Assembly (NCBI RefSeq): GCF_039596015.1
Contig: NZ_JBCNKN010000006.1
Coordinates: 17,471 to 81,470 of the forward strand
Length of the DNA stretch: 64,000 nucleotides
Origin: Acinetobacter sp.
GTDB taxonomy: Bacteria; Pseudomonadota; Gammaproteobacteria; Pseudomonadales; Moraxellaceae
Reading direction: 5' to 3'
Below, piece by piece: positions 1 through 9,843 of this stretch (position 1 is its first letter; every line of letters begins with the position of its first letter). Both the position numbers and the translations under genes were made by a program. Below the pieces are notes generated by a model. That model did not search any database. It was not told where the DNA came from and saw only the letters and a list, made by a program, of their open reading frames with translations.

Positions 1-705
1 ACAGCGCTGACGGTTGGTGCTAGTCTGGCACAAATTGGAGAATTTTCTTTCATTTTAGCCACACTTGGAATCTCTTTAGGACTCCTTACCACAGAGGCAC
101 AAAACCTCATTTTGGCGGGTGCCTTATTTTCAATTACCCTGAACTCTTTTGTATTTTCAGCGATTGAACCTGTCCAACGCTGGATTCGTGAACGCTCTCA
201 TTTAGCACGGTTACTTGAACGTAGCGGTGACCCTCTCGCTATGCTGCCTGATGAAGTCGATCAGGATTATTTACGTGATCAGGTCGTGATGGTGGGATAT
301 GGTGAAGTTGGCCGAAGAATTACCACTTCACTCATGACACAAAATATTAAAGTCGTGATTGCCGAAGAAAACCGTGAAATTGTAGAAAATTTACGTGAAA
401 AAGGCATTGCAGCGGTCAGTGGTTTTGCAACAGAACCAAGTGTTCTGATTCAGGCACATATCATGCATGCACGGATGTTAATTTTATCGCCAATGGATAT
501 TTTAGACATTCATCGTATTGTCGACATCGCAACGCAGTTAAATCCGAAGGTGCAGGTTCTCGTTTGTGCCGAAAGTAAAGAAGAGGCGGAAGTGATTCGT
601 GCAGAAAATATTGGTGAGGTCTTTTATGCCAAAGAAGAGATGGCTAAAAATATGAGCCAACATATTTTAAATCAAATCGAATTGGCACATCAGCCTTCAC
701 ATTAA
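1..705 (+). CDS. Cation:proton antiporter (YbaL/KefB-like), C-terminal part with RCK/TrkA-N domain; 5' end lies outside the window
   Basis: Frame 1 is open from base 1 (TALTVGASLAQIGEFSFILATLG..., a typical last TM region of CPA2 antiporters). It is followed by a Rossmann-like VVMVGYGEVGRR motif of an RCK/TrkA-N domain. Confidence 0.75.
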   Translation, partial: TALTVGASLAQIGEFSFILATLGISLGLLTTEAQNLILAGALFSITLNSFVFSAIEPVQRWIRERSHLARLLERSGDPLAMLPDEVDQDYLRDQVVMVGYGEVGRRITTSLMTQNIKVVIAEENREIVENLREKGIAAVSGFATEPSVLIQAHIMHARMLILSPMDILDIHRIVDIATQLNPKVQVLVCAESKEEAEVIRAENIGEVFYAKEEMAKNMSQHILNQIELAHQPSH

Positions 706-706
706 C

Positions 707-736
707 AAAAAAAACGTACATTACTGTACGTTTCCT
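707..736. terminator. Hairpin terminator between convergent genes
   Basis: AAACGTACA (712-720) / TGTACGTTT (725-733), loop TTAC. An A-run precedes it and T residues follow. Confidence 0.6.
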
Positions 737-739
737 AAA

Positions 740-1018
740 TTAGCTAAAGTATTGAGGTTGCTCATCAACGACTTCGGCATGCCATTCATGTGCTTGTTTT
801 TCTAACAAACCAAGCAGTGCAGCCTGAACCATTTGTTGGGCAACCAATGCTGTATTTTCACCAAGCAATGTACGAACTTCTTCATTAAACTGAATGGTGA
901 CCAAAGGTGCTTTTGTAGAAGCCGCATTTCGTAGAGCCAAGTCCCCATTTTCAAGTTGCACCAGTTCAAGGGTTGCCTCTTGGCTTCCGAATAACTCTTT
1001 TAACTGCTGTATAGACAT
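740..1018 (-). CDS. Small conserved hypothetical protein (92 aa)
   Basis: ORF with GGAGG 4 nt upstream of the internal ATG (MSIQQLKELF...). The longer ORF-track start lacks an SD. No recognisable motif. Confidence 0.55.
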   Translation of the reverse strand: MSIQQLKELFGSQEATLELVQLENGDLALRNAASTKAPLVTIQFNEEVRTLLGENTALVAQQMVQAALLGLLEKQAHEWHAEVVDEQPQYFS

Positions 1019-1115
1019 AAGACCTCCACAGATGACAAGCACAAAATGCTTATATTTAGATTATCTTATATCGGTATTTCAATGCAAAATTTCAAGCAAT
1101 GTTTTGTATCTGGTC

Positions 1116-1619
1116 TTAAAACTCTACCATTTCATTACGAAAGCCATCAATCAACTGGCTCAATTCACGATGCCATTCTCTCAAAATTTTAACATCGGGC
1201 AACCATGACTGAGGCCCTTGTGTCACTTTAATAATCAGGTTTGAAGAGGTTTCCTGCTCTGGTGTCGAGGCTGCTGGTTCAGGTGCATATTGACACATAC
1301 GATAGGCATGTTTGAGTTCAGCAATAAAACCATCTTTTGCCAGTTGTTGCATGACCACCACTTCAGGTGAAACTTGCCCTTTATTCGCCATATGTTCTTC
1401 AATGGATTTAAAGGTAGGTTGAAAGTCAGTCAGGCGGTAGTAACGAACCAATTCTTGTAAAAATGCCAATATCGCACCATGCAAATGAAAGACTGCTGCC
1501 TCACGATATGCTTGCGCTTGTTGAACATGTTCGATTTGTTCTGCTTGCAGGCATGCCAAACGTGCAAAATACAATTTTTGGTTTGTACGATCAGCATGAT
1601 AACGCGCAACACGAGACAT
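1116..1619 (-). CDS. Hypothetical cytoplasmic protein (167 aa)
   Basis: Long clean ORF in coding-like sequence, co-oriented with 740-1018. I cannot name the family with certainty. Confidence 0.6.
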   Translation of the reverse strand: MSRVARYHADRTNQKLYFARLACLQAEQIEHVQQAQAYREAAVFHLHGAILAFLQELVRYYRLTDFQPTFKSIEEHMANKGQVSPEVVVMQQLAKDGFIAELKHAYRMCQYAPEPAASTPEQETSSNLIIKVTQGPQSWLPDVKILREWHRELSQLIDGFRNEMVEF

Positions 1620-1930
1620 ATCTTTTCCCTAATATTCAGTTTTCCACTACGTTAAGATTAAACTTTATTGGATATTCTGCACAACAATATTTCGTCATAA
1701 TCCATTTCAATTTAATCTATTTTGCATTTTGCCATTATTTTATGGTCTGTGAATGAGACAAATATTACCAATCTCTCAAATCCAATATTCAAGCACACGA
1801 TTTTTCTTTCTTTTAATAGCGCTCTTCCATCTTATAAAATCATCAAACCATGTAAGTAATAAGTATCTCTCAAATAAATCCATCACATAAAAAAAGGGAG
1901 AAAATACTCCCAATCTTATGAATATACTGC

Positions 1931-2167
1931 TTATTCTGCTGCTTTCACGCGGATTCCTATACCTTTGACTTTCAATGTATTTAAGCCTTTAATTGCCTTA
2001 ATTGCTTCGCGTGGATTAGTCATTTCAACAAAACCAAAACCTTTTGATTTACCAGTGTCCTGATCCATCACAACCACACAAGATTCAACTGCACCGTATG
2101 GTTTAAACAGTTCTGTAAGTTCAGCTTCATTGATTGAACGCTCGAGATTGCGAACTAAAATTTTCAT
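1931..2167 (-). CDS. RRM-type RNA-binding protein (78 aa)
   Basis: RNP2-like ILVRNL and RNP1 KGFGFVEM motifs at the canonical spacing of an RNA recognition motif. Confidence 0.85.
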   Translation of the reverse strand: MKILVRNLERSINEAELTELFKPYGAVESCVVVMDQDTGKSKGFGFVEMTNPREAIKAIKGLNTLKVKGIGIRVKAAE

Positions 2168-2224
2168 GTATAACCCTTTATATAAATATAGTGAATTGGA
2201 TGATGATATTGCATCATCGAATAC

Positions 2225-4204
2225 TTAATCAAAATCTAAACCAAATGTAATGCGGACAGGTGCTTTTTTCTGGGCAAAGCCTGTCTGTGATGTCATCGGC
2301 ACACGTTTGTGCATTTCAACATCGACCAAAGGTGCAGGTAAATTATTGAAGAAATAACTGCTAATTTTACGCCCTAGCTCATCGGTTTGGTCATATGCCC
2401 AACTATTTAAGTCCTGCTTGGTTAAAATTAATTCGTTTTTTGCCCGTGTTAATGCCACATAAAGCACTCGTCGTTCTTCTTCTACGGCATCAAAGTCGCC
2501 TTGTGCCCGTGCGTGTGGGTACTGGTTTACGGTAAGGTGCGGGACATAACAGACCTGTTGTTCTGTTCCTTTTGCAGAATGAACGGTAATCAGCGTAACC
2601 ACATCCTGATCTTTGGCTCGTTCAACTTCTGAAATTGAAATTGGTTCAAGAACATATTCTTCGAGAAATTCGCCCAAGCCACCATGCTTTTGTGCCAGTT
2701 GTTTCACCAAATCAAAATCTTTCACGCGACGCGTCCAATCTTGATTTTGATAATTTTGCGCCAATTGTTCAGTTAAAGCATCTATCGCCAAGCCAATACA
2801 GGCTTGCACTTCATGTTGTAACACCGAAAGTTGTTTTAAAATGAGAATGGCTTTGGAAGAAACTTTGCCATGTCTTTCTAGGCGCTCGCAACGTGCATCT
2901 AAATTTTCCAAACCTGTGAGTTCTGCGGTTAAACGACTTGCACCGACATCACCAACCCCATTCCACAAGGTTAAAAACCGCATCCATGCAAGATCATCTT
3001 GAGGGTTAGATGAAATCCGTAATAGGCTGAGTAAGTCTTTGACATGGGCAGACTCAAGCAACTTCGTGCCACCAATAAACCGATATGGAATGGTACTTTT
3101 AATAAAAGCACTTTCTAGATGCCGTGCAGCATAAGAAGAACGCACCAAAACCATGTGTGCGTTCCATGCAACATCCTGCTGATGACGTTGTTGTAAATCT
3201 TGTGCAATCCAGTTGGCTTCTTCAAACTCGTTCGGGAAAATACGCAGTTTAGGTTTTAGTCCCATTCCCCGATATGCGATTAGTTGCTTATCATAGTCAA
3301 TGGGGCTGCTGCGTAATAACCAGTTCGATAAATCCAGAATTTCCTGCGTAGAGCGATAGTTTTCTTGTAACGTCAAAACTTGGGCATCGGGCACTCGGCT
3401 TTTAAAGTGATGGATATTTTCAAAATCTGCCCCGCGAAAACCATAAATCGACTGGGCATCATCCCCCACACAAAACAACGAAACTCGCCCAAGCAAAGGT
3501 TCAAGTAACGACCATTGTAAAGGATTGGTGTCCTGCATTTCATCCACTAACATTACCGAACATAGACGACTGACCCAATCGACCAGCTCAGGTGACTGCT
3601 GTAAATGTCCAGCAACAGTTGCCAGAATATCGTCATAGTCGAGATAATTTCGCTCCCGCTTTCGCTGTTCATACTGACGCATAATCTCTGCAATTTCAGC
3701 TTTATATTGCAAAGCTTCAGGCAAAAGCTGAATCAGGGCATCTGAAAGTTTGGCTTGTGTATTTCGAGCAAATGAATATAGATCGCACAGTTGCGCTGCT
3801 TTGGGCAAAATACTGTCACGGCCTTTTCCCCGAAGTAGTCGAAATATCATCAACTGATCATCTCGATCAATAATACTAAATTGTGTTAGTCCAAATGCCT
3901 GAGGATTTCGACGTAGCAAATACATACAAAAAGTATGAAAGGTCGATGCACGCAAACCGTGTGCTGTTGCCCCTAAATATTGCTCCACACGGGTCACAAT
4001 TTCACTGGCAGCCCGACGTGTAAAGGTTAAAATCTGAATCTGATTGGCCGCAATACCTTGATCAATAAGATACGCTGCCCGTGCCACAATGGTTTTGGTC
4101 TTGCCACACCCTGCCCCAGCCAAAACCAGACAGTTTTGTGCTGTGGTTGTTGCTGCCTGCTTCTGCTGAGGATTTAATTCAGAAATTAGGGTATCAAGAC
4201 TCAT
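2225..4204 (-). CDS. UvrD/Rep-family superfamily-1 DNA helicase (659 aa)
   Basis: Walker A AGAGCGKTKT, DEMQD (motif II), VGDDAQSIYGFRGA (motif III), YRS (motif IV), TVHSAKGTE and VALTRAK (motifs V/VI). Confidence 0.85.
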   Translation of the reverse strand: MSLDTLISELNPQQKQAATTTAQNCLVLAGAGCGKTKTIVARAAYLIDQGIAANQIQILTFTRRAASEIVTRVEQYLGATAHGLRASTFHTFCMYLLRRNPQAFGLTQFSIIDRDDQLMIFRLLRGKGRDSILPKAAQLCDLYSFARNTQAKLSDALIQLLPEALQYKAEIAEIMRQYEQRKRERNYLDYDDILATVAGHLQQSPELVDWVSRLCSVMLVDEMQDTNPLQWSLLEPLLGRVSLFCVGDDAQSIYGFRGADFENIHHFKSRVPDAQVLTLQENYRSTQEILDLSNWLLRSSPIDYDKQLIAYRGMGLKPKLRIFPNEFEEANWIAQDLQQRHQQDVAWNAHMVLVRSSYAARHLESAFIKSTIPYRFIGGTKLLESAHVKDLLSLLRISSNPQDDLAWMRFLTLWNGVGDVGASRLTAELTGLENLDARCERLERHGKVSSKAILILKQLSVLQHEVQACIGLAIDALTEQLAQNYQNQDWTRRVKDFDLVKQLAQKHGGLGEFLEEYVLEPISISEVERAKDQDVVTLITVHSAKGTEQQVCYVPHLTVNQYPHARAQGDFDAVEEERRVLYVALTRAKNELILTKQDLNSWAYDQTDELGRKISSYFFNNLPAPLVDVEMHKRVPMTSQTGFAQKKAPVRITFGLDFD

Positions 4205-4272
4205 GCCAATATCATTGTGTCATCAAAGATTGCTAGTTTAACAAACTCATCTCAGCATTGCTGAACACTTCG

Positions 4273-4842
4273 TTATACATCTGTCGAACTTGGTGGAATC
4301 TTGTTAATTGCGGCTGCCAAGCTTAAATAGTTAATGCCCTGAAATAACAAATCGATTGCCAAGAACATACCTAATACCCAAAAAGGCGCATCTGGTGTGG
4401 TTAAAATCATGATCCCGACCAATAGGGTTAAAAAACCTGACAATAATGTCCAGCCCCAACCCTGAAACGCACGTAATAACACTGCATTTAAAATGCGGAT
4501 GCCACCAGCAATAATCAGAAATATCGCCAATAAACTGGTTAAAACAATCGCCGTTGTCACTGGGGTATGAAAAGCATAATACCCCGCGATAAAATAAAAT
4601 AATGCAAACAACACCCACAGCCAGCGCACAGAACCCTCGAAAAATTTAAAGGCTGCAAACAGATGCAAAAGCCCGCCAAGCATCATGAGTGAACCAAAGA
4701 TTATTACAACGGATAAGGTTGCAAAGGGCAAAGACGCAAATAGACCGAAAGCAAACAGGATCAGTAAAATGCCAAAAAGCACATACCATTTACGTTGATG
4801 ATGGAGTTGATGTCGGACTAAATCATTGCCTACTGTAATCAT
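4273..4842 (-). CDS. HdeD/DUF308-like integral membrane protein
   Basis: 189 aa made almost entirely of about six TM helices with the repeated hydrophobic pattern of HdeD-family proteins. Confidence 0.65.
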   Translation of the reverse strand: MITVGNDLVRHQLHHQRKWYVLFGILLILFAFGLFASLPFATLSVVIIFGSLMMLGGLLHLFAAFKFFEGSVRWLWVLFALFYFIAGYYAFHTPVTTAIVLTSLLAIFLIIAGGIRILNAVLLRAFQGWGWTLLSGFLTLLVGIMILTTPDAPFWVLGMFLAIDLLFQGINYLSLAAAINKIPPSSTDV

Positions 4843-4914
4843 TTTTTATCTCTTATTATCGAATATCTGTTATCAGTATGCGCTTTTACCCTACTTACAA
4901 TGTATAAAAATTGC

Positions 4915-4958
4915 TGAAAGTTATCCACTTTAGACAGTCCAATTGTGGATAACTTTCA
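4915..4958. repeat. 14-bp perfect inverted repeat containing two opposed DnaA-box sequences
   Basis: TGAAAGTTATCCAC (4915-4928) / GTGGATAACTTTCA (4945-4958), 16-nt loop. TTATCCACt lies at 4921-4929 (+) and a perfect TTATCCACA is on the minus strand at 4944-4952. Confidence 0.7.
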
Positions 4959-4969
4959 AGTTACCCACA

Positions 4970-5746
4970 CTATTTTAACCATCCGATTTCAATCGCAGTC
5001 GGTTCATTGACCACCACTTGGGTCAAAGAATCTGCCATTTTGCTTTTCTGTTCAGACAATGCGATATGCCCCGCCATAATTTCTGCCCGATGCTGTGGAA
5101 ACCGTGGTTGTTGCTGCGGGTCTGCATAACCAATTGGGTAAATTGGCTGGCTGGTCGTCAAATCATATTTATCTGTTGCACCAAATGTATGTAATAGCTC
5201 ATGCGTCAAAACAATATTGTTTTGTTGTGCCTGTTTGGATGATGCAAAAAGATTGACTGAACCAATACGTCCTTTTTCCAACGCTGTTGAATGAACTAAA
5301 GTATTGATATATTGAGGATCATAATAATTTAAATATAAAGTTGCTGTTGCCACTTGATCATTGGATTGATGCTGTCGCCATGCGTAAAAACGGAATTTCA
5401 AGCTCCATAACATAGTCTGCAAAAGGCTAGCATGTTCAGGAACAATAGGCGGTAAAACCTGTAATTGTCGCCCCAGATTTAAATAAAAATAAGTCGGCTG
5501 ATGTCGATACTTTTGTGCTTCCTGCTGCAAAAACTGCTGTACCTCGGCAAAGTCTGAGGCCTTCAGTTGCTGAATATATTGTGCCGTTTCCTGACGTCTG
5601 TCAGCATTAATCGGATGTAAAAGCACAAAAATAGGCTGGTTCCAGTTCTGATTTTGATCTCGCCACGCATTGATTGCGACAATCAGTAAAATAATCAGAA
5701 GACAGAGAATTCGGATGTTTTTCCAGAAATTTTTATTTTGGTTCAT
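4970..5746 (-). CDS. Membrane-anchored putative zinc metalloprotease with a metzincin-type motif
   Basis: N-terminal TM helix (IRILCLLIILLIVAINAW). HELLHTFGATD matches HExxHxxGxxD, with a downstream AEIMAG as a possible Met-turn. The start is 6 nt after the stop of the NYN gene. Confidence 0.6.
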   Translation of the reverse strand: MNQNKNFWKNIRILCLLIILLIVAINAWRDQNQNWNQPIFVLLHPINADRRQETAQYIQQLKASDFAEVQQFLQQEAQKYRHQPTYFYLNLGRQLQVLPPIVPEHASLLQTMLWSLKFRFYAWRQHQSNDQVATATLYLNYYDPQYINTLVHSTALEKGRIGSVNLFASSKQAQQNNIVLTHELLHTFGATDKYDLTTSQPIYPIGYADPQQQPRFPQHRAEIMAGHIALSEQKSKMADSLTQVVVNEPTAIEIGWLK

Positions 5747-5752
5747 TCTGTT

Positions 5753-6535
5753 TTAATTCGCTTTGTTCTTAATTTTTTTCAAATACATTTGGCTTCCTTC
5801 TATTTTTGTCTCAAATAAATTTAGCATTTTAATCAGTCCAGACAGCTTGGCTCGCCCATAGTTACGAGCGTCAAAATCTGGTTTTATTGCTGTAAGATAA
5901 GACCCCACAACCGATAAATTTGCCCAACCACTTTCATCAGAATTATCTTTAACCGCTTTATAAATGAGATTTAACGTTGCCCGATCTATTTGAAATTGTT
6001 TTCCGTTATCCTGTTTATCCTCTGTATCATTTTTGATTAACTCCTTATTTTCTTTGGTTTTTACAAGTGGCATTTGTTTTGTTTCATCTTTTTCTTCTGC
6101 TTCAAGGTTTTCAACATAAATAAATTTATCACAGGCTTTTACAAATGCCTCGGGAGTTTTATTGCGACCAAAACCATATACAGTTAAACCACTTTCTCTA
6201 ATTCTTGAAGCAAGAGGAGTAAAATCGCTATCACTTGATACGATACAAAACCCATCTAGAGCATTACTATAGAGTAAATCCATCGCATCAATAATCAAAA
6301 TCATGTCTGTGGCATCTTTACCTTTGGTATAAGCAAATTGCTGCACAGGTGTAATGGCATGGGGTAATAAAATGTCGCGCCAATTTTTTAGCGTTTCATT
6401 GCTCCAGTCGCCATAGACTCGCTTAACACTGGCAATTCCATATTTTGCAACCTCTTCAAGCACAGAAGATATTGAGTTTAAAGAAGAATTATCTGCATCA
6501 ATTAATATTGCTAATTTTTTTGGTTTAATTTCCAT
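5753..6535 (-). CDS. NYN-domain ribonuclease fused to an OST-HTH/LOTUS domain
   Basis: LAILIDADN, KDATDMILIIDAMD and CIVSSDSDFTPL are the acidic NYN/LabA-like motifs. The C-terminus (SGWANLSVVGSYLTAIKPDFDARNYGRAKLSGLIKML) fits the OST-HTH/LOTUS pattern. Confidence 0.8.
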   Translation of the reverse strand: MEIKPKKLAILIDADNSSLNSISSVLEEVAKYGIASVKRVYGDWSNETLKNWRDILLPHAITPVQQFAYTKGKDATDMILIIDAMDLLYSNALDGFCIVSSDSDFTPLASRIRESGLTVYGFGRNKTPEAFVKACDKFIYVENLEAEEKDETKQMPLVKTKENKELIKNDTEDKQDNGKQFQIDRATLNLIYKAVKDNSDESGWANLSVVGSYLTAIKPDFDARNYGRAKLSGLIKMLNLFETKIEGSQMYLKKIKNKAN

Positions 6536-6579
6536 TGTTACCCCCTTAATGTCATTAATTTTTTTTAAATATTATAAAT

Positions 6580-6610
6580 AGATTAGGGCGAATCATATTC
6601 GCCCTAATCT
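6580..6610 (-). terminator. topA terminator hairpin
   Basis: 14-bp perfect stem AGATTAGGGCGAAT / ATTCGCCCTAATCT with loop CAT, 40 nt downstream of the topA stop. T-rich on the minus strand after the stem. Confidence 0.6.
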
Positions 6611-6651
6611 GATCAATCAATTATCTTGATATTACACCAATAATTTTTATT

Positions 6652-9297
6652 CTAGCCTTCAACCCATTTACCATCTTGGTAAACTTGACTCCATTTGGTC
6701 TGTTTACCTTCTGGCGTTTCTGAACCGACGTACTGTGCTTGGTTCTTACGGCTAAATTTAACGACTGTTGGGTTCCCTTCTGGGTCAACATCAGGCGCTT
6801 GCAATAAGAACTGATACTTTTCATCTAACTGATCGGCAACACTGCGCAGTTCGGCAACCTTAGGCGCACGAGTTTCACGAATCTTTGGAAACTTACTTGC
6901 AGCCAAGAACAAACCTGCTGCCCCATCACGTAACACAAAGAAATCATCATGTTTGGTCGAGCGTAAATGTTCCATTTTAATCGGATCAACACGCGGCGGC
7001 GCAGGCTGCCCATTTTTCAAAACTTTACGGGTGTTATCACAACTGCTGCATGCAAAGTATGGCCCAAAACGACCTGTCTTCAACTGCATCTCACCGCCAC
7101 ATTTGTCGCAAGGAATCGTCGGCCCATCATAGCCTTTGATTTTAAATTCACCCTCTTCGACTTCATAGCCATCACAGTCAGGGTTATTCCCACAAATATG
7201 AAGTTTACGATGACCATCCAATACATAGCTGTCCATCGCCGTGCCGCATTTTGGACAACGATGTTTCGACATTAGGTCGGCTGTTTCTGCACCATCATCG
7301 TCAGAGAACATTGCCAACGACTCAACAGGAGTCAGATTCAGCGTACCTTTACAACGTTCTTTAGGTGGCAGGTTATAACCCGAGCAACCTAAGAATACCC
7401 CTGTTGTACCTGTACGAATTTGCATTGGACGGCTACATTCAGGGCAATGTACATCAGGCACTTCAATCGGCTGATTACGGCGCATGCCTGTTTCACCCTG
7501 TGCGGTGTTCAAGCGTTTTTTGAAATCGCCATAGAAATTATCAAGCAGGTTTTTCCAGTTTTCTTCACCTGTTGCCACTTGGTCAAGCTGACCTTCGAGG
7601 TTTGCAGTGAACGCATAGTTCATCAAGTTGTTAAAACTTTCATCCAGACGGTCTGTGACAATCTCACCCATCTTTTCGGCAAACAGACGACGGTTTTCCA
7701 GTTTAACGTAGCCACGTTCCTGAATCGTTGAAATAATGGCAGCATACGTCGACGGACGACCAATCCCACGTTTTTCAAGTTCCTTAACCAATGATGCTTC
7801 GGTAAAACGTGCAGGTGGTTTGGTAAAGTGCTGACTTGGGTCTAACTTTTCAAGTTTAAGCGTCTCGCCCACTTTTACTGCAGGCAGTAACACATCATCA
7901 TCCGATTTATTTGCACCACGGACTTTGGTAAATCCATCAAATACCAATGTTCGCCCTTTGGCTTTTAATTCGACATCGCCCGCAAGCACGCTTAATGTAG
8001 AAGATAAATATTCTGCTGGTGTCATTTGACATGCTACAAACTGACGCCAAATGAGGTCATACAAACGCTGTGCGTCTCGCTCTACCCCAACCAGTTGATC
8101 CCCAGCCAATGCCACATTCGATGGACGAATGGCTTCGTGGGCTTCTTGTGCACCAGCTTTATTACCATAACGATTTGGCTGTGCAGGCAAATATTTTGCA
8201 CCATATTGGCTTTCAATATGGGTACGTACCATATTCACCGCGTCATCGCTCAAAAAGGTCGAGTCTGTACGCATGTAGGTAATAAAACCTGCTTCATACA
8301 AACGCTGCGCCAACATCATGGTTTTTTTCACAGAAAAACCTAAACGCGTGCTGGCAGCCTGTTGTAACGTCGAAGTGATATAAGGCGCACTCGGATTAAC
8401 TTTGGTTGGTTTATCTTCGCGTTGATTAACTTTAAACTCAGCTGCCTTGAGTACATCAAGCACAGCATCTGTTTCTGCTTTATTTTTGAGTTTAAGCGTC
8501 TTACCCGCTTGCTTCACTGCCTCAAGACGAATTTGATCTTTCTTCGACTGAGTGTCTGCAAAAATTTGCCAGTATTCTTCTGGAATAAAAGCACGAATTT
8601 CACGCTCACGTTCAACGACCAGTTTTACCGCAACCGACTGAACACGTCCCGCTGAAAGACCACGAGCAATTTTTTCCCATAACAATGGCGAAATCATAAA
8701 CCCAACCACACGGTCTAGGAAACGACGTGCCTGTTGTGCATTGACACGGTCAATATCTAAACGTGTTGGATGCTTAAATGCTTCCTGAATGGCATTTTTA
8801 GTAATTTCGTTAAACACCACACGGCGATAACGGCTTTCATCACCACCAATGACTTCACGTAAATGCCATGCAATCGCTTCCCCTTCACGGTCCAAGTCCG
8901 TTGCGAGATAAATTTCATCGACCTGAGACGCTAACTTCTTTAATTCAGCAACCACATGTTCTTTGCCTGGAAGCACTTCATAGTGCGCATCCCAACCGTG
9001 TTCAGGGTCAACGCCCATACGGTTCACCAACGCCTGCTGTGCTTTTTGTTGTTTTTGTTCTTCAGTCAACTTGGCACGTGTTGTCGTGGTTTTCTTTTCT
9101 GTCGATTTATTTCCACCGCTTGTTGGCAAGTCACGTACATGCCCCACAGAGGATTTTACGATATATTCATTGCCCAAATATTTATTGATGGTTTTCGCTT
9201 TAGCAGGTGACTCCACAATCACAAGCGCGCGTTTATTCGCAACACCTGTTGCTTTTTCTGTAGTCGTTTTTGAGCTAGACCGAGGAGCATTCGCCAT
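6652..9297 (-). CDS. topA: DNA topoisomerase I
   Basis: 881 aa. TOPRIM start [18 protein letters not shown], active-site region [10 protein letters not shown] and multiple C-terminal CxxC zinc ribbons ([24 protein letters not shown]). Confidence 0.95.
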   Translation of the reverse strand: MANAPRSSSKTTTEKATGVANKRALVIVESPAKAKTINKYLGNEYIVKSSVGHVRDLPTSGGNKSTEKKTTTTRAKLTEEQKQQKAQQALVNRMGVDPEHGWDAHYEVLPGKEHVVAELKKLASQVDEIYLATDLDREGEAIAWHLREVIGGDESRYRRVVFNEITKNAIQEAFKHPTRLDIDRVNAQQARRFLDRVVGFMISPLLWEKIARGLSAGRVQSVAVKLVVEREREIRAFIPEEYWQIFADTQSKKDQIRLEAVKQAGKTLKLKNKAETDAVLDVLKAAEFKVNQREDKPTKVNPSAPYITSTLQQAASTRLGFSVKKTMMLAQRLYEAGFITYMRTDSTFLSDDAVNMVRTHIESQYGAKYLPAQPNRYGNKAGAQEAHEAIRPSNVALAGDQLVGVERDAQRLYDLIWRQFVACQMTPAEYLSSTLSVLAGDVELKAKGRTLVFDGFTKVRGANKSDDDVLLPAVKVGETLKLEKLDPSQHFTKPPARFTEASLVKELEKRGIGRPSTYAAIISTIQERGYVKLENRRLFAEKMGEIVTDRLDESFNNLMNYAFTANLEGQLDQVATGEENWKNLLDNFYGDFKKRLNTAQGETGMRRNQPIEVPDVHCPECSRPMQIRTGTTGVFLGCSGYNLPPKERCKGTLNLTPVESLAMFSDDDGAETADLMSKHRCPKCGTAMDSYVLDGHRKLHICGNNPDCDGYEVEEGEFKIKGYDGPTIPCDKCGGEMQLKTGRFGPYFACSSCDNTRKVLKNGQPAPPRVDPIKMEHLRSTKHDDFFVLRDGAAGLFLAASKFPKIRETRAPKVAELRSVADQLDEKYQFLLQAPDVDPEGNPTVVKFSRKNQAQYVGSETPEGKQTKWSQVYQDGKWVEG

Positions 9298-9324
9298 GAT
9301 GGTATTCGTTTCCTATCTAAAATT

Positions 9325-9774
9325 TTAAAGCTGTGCTAGAGATGTAAGGTATGTTTTCATTTCTTCAAGTTGGGTCGCATGAAGATCTTCATGTTCATCC
9401 CAATACACACCTACACAGTTTGCCTGCATATCAATAGCATAAATCCCCTTTAATGCAATGGGATAATCTTTAAATTTTTCATCTCCCTGCACCAATTCCA
9501 ATTTATTGTCTTTAATTCGAGCACGCATCAGAGCTAATCTTGCGTCGGGTAAAAGGACACTGTAATACGCCACCATACTGGCGCGGGTTTCAGTGGCCTT
9601 CGGAATTTGAGTCCATTCGGGTGCTGCAATCAAACGTGGGTGTAAGCCTATTTTCCGTGCTTTATCCCGCAGGATTCCCAACGCCTTTTCACGTGGATTG
9701 ACTCTTAGGCCCAAAATTGAACCGAGTACAAACACAATAATGATAACGGCAACCCAAATTCCCATATGTTCCAT
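9325..9774 (-). CDS. Hypothetical single-pass membrane protein (149 aa)
   Basis: N-terminal TM helix GIWVAVIIIVFVLGSILGL followed by a soluble domain. No recognisable motif. Confidence 0.55.
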   Translation of the reverse strand: MEHMGIWVAVIIIVFVLGSILGLRVNPREKALGILRDKARKIGLHPRLIAAPEWTQIPKATETRASMVAYYSVLLPDARLALMRARIKDNKLELVQGDEKFKDYPIALKGIYAIDMQANCVGVYWDEHEDLHATQLEEMKTYLTSLAQL

Positions 9775-9843
9775 AACTTCACCCTAAATCTCTTTTATTA
9801 GATTTGCATAAGCTGCGATAAAAACGCAAGTTATCGTATGAAA

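Noticed and set aside
6825-9328. Multiple 60-106-aa ORFs on the plus strand (and one at 6621-6824/6825-7013 on the minus strand) overlapping topA
   Set aside because: All lie inside or antisense to the strongly supported topA reading frame. They lack SD sequences and have odd, Cys/His/Phe-rich compositions typical of antisense translation of a real gene.
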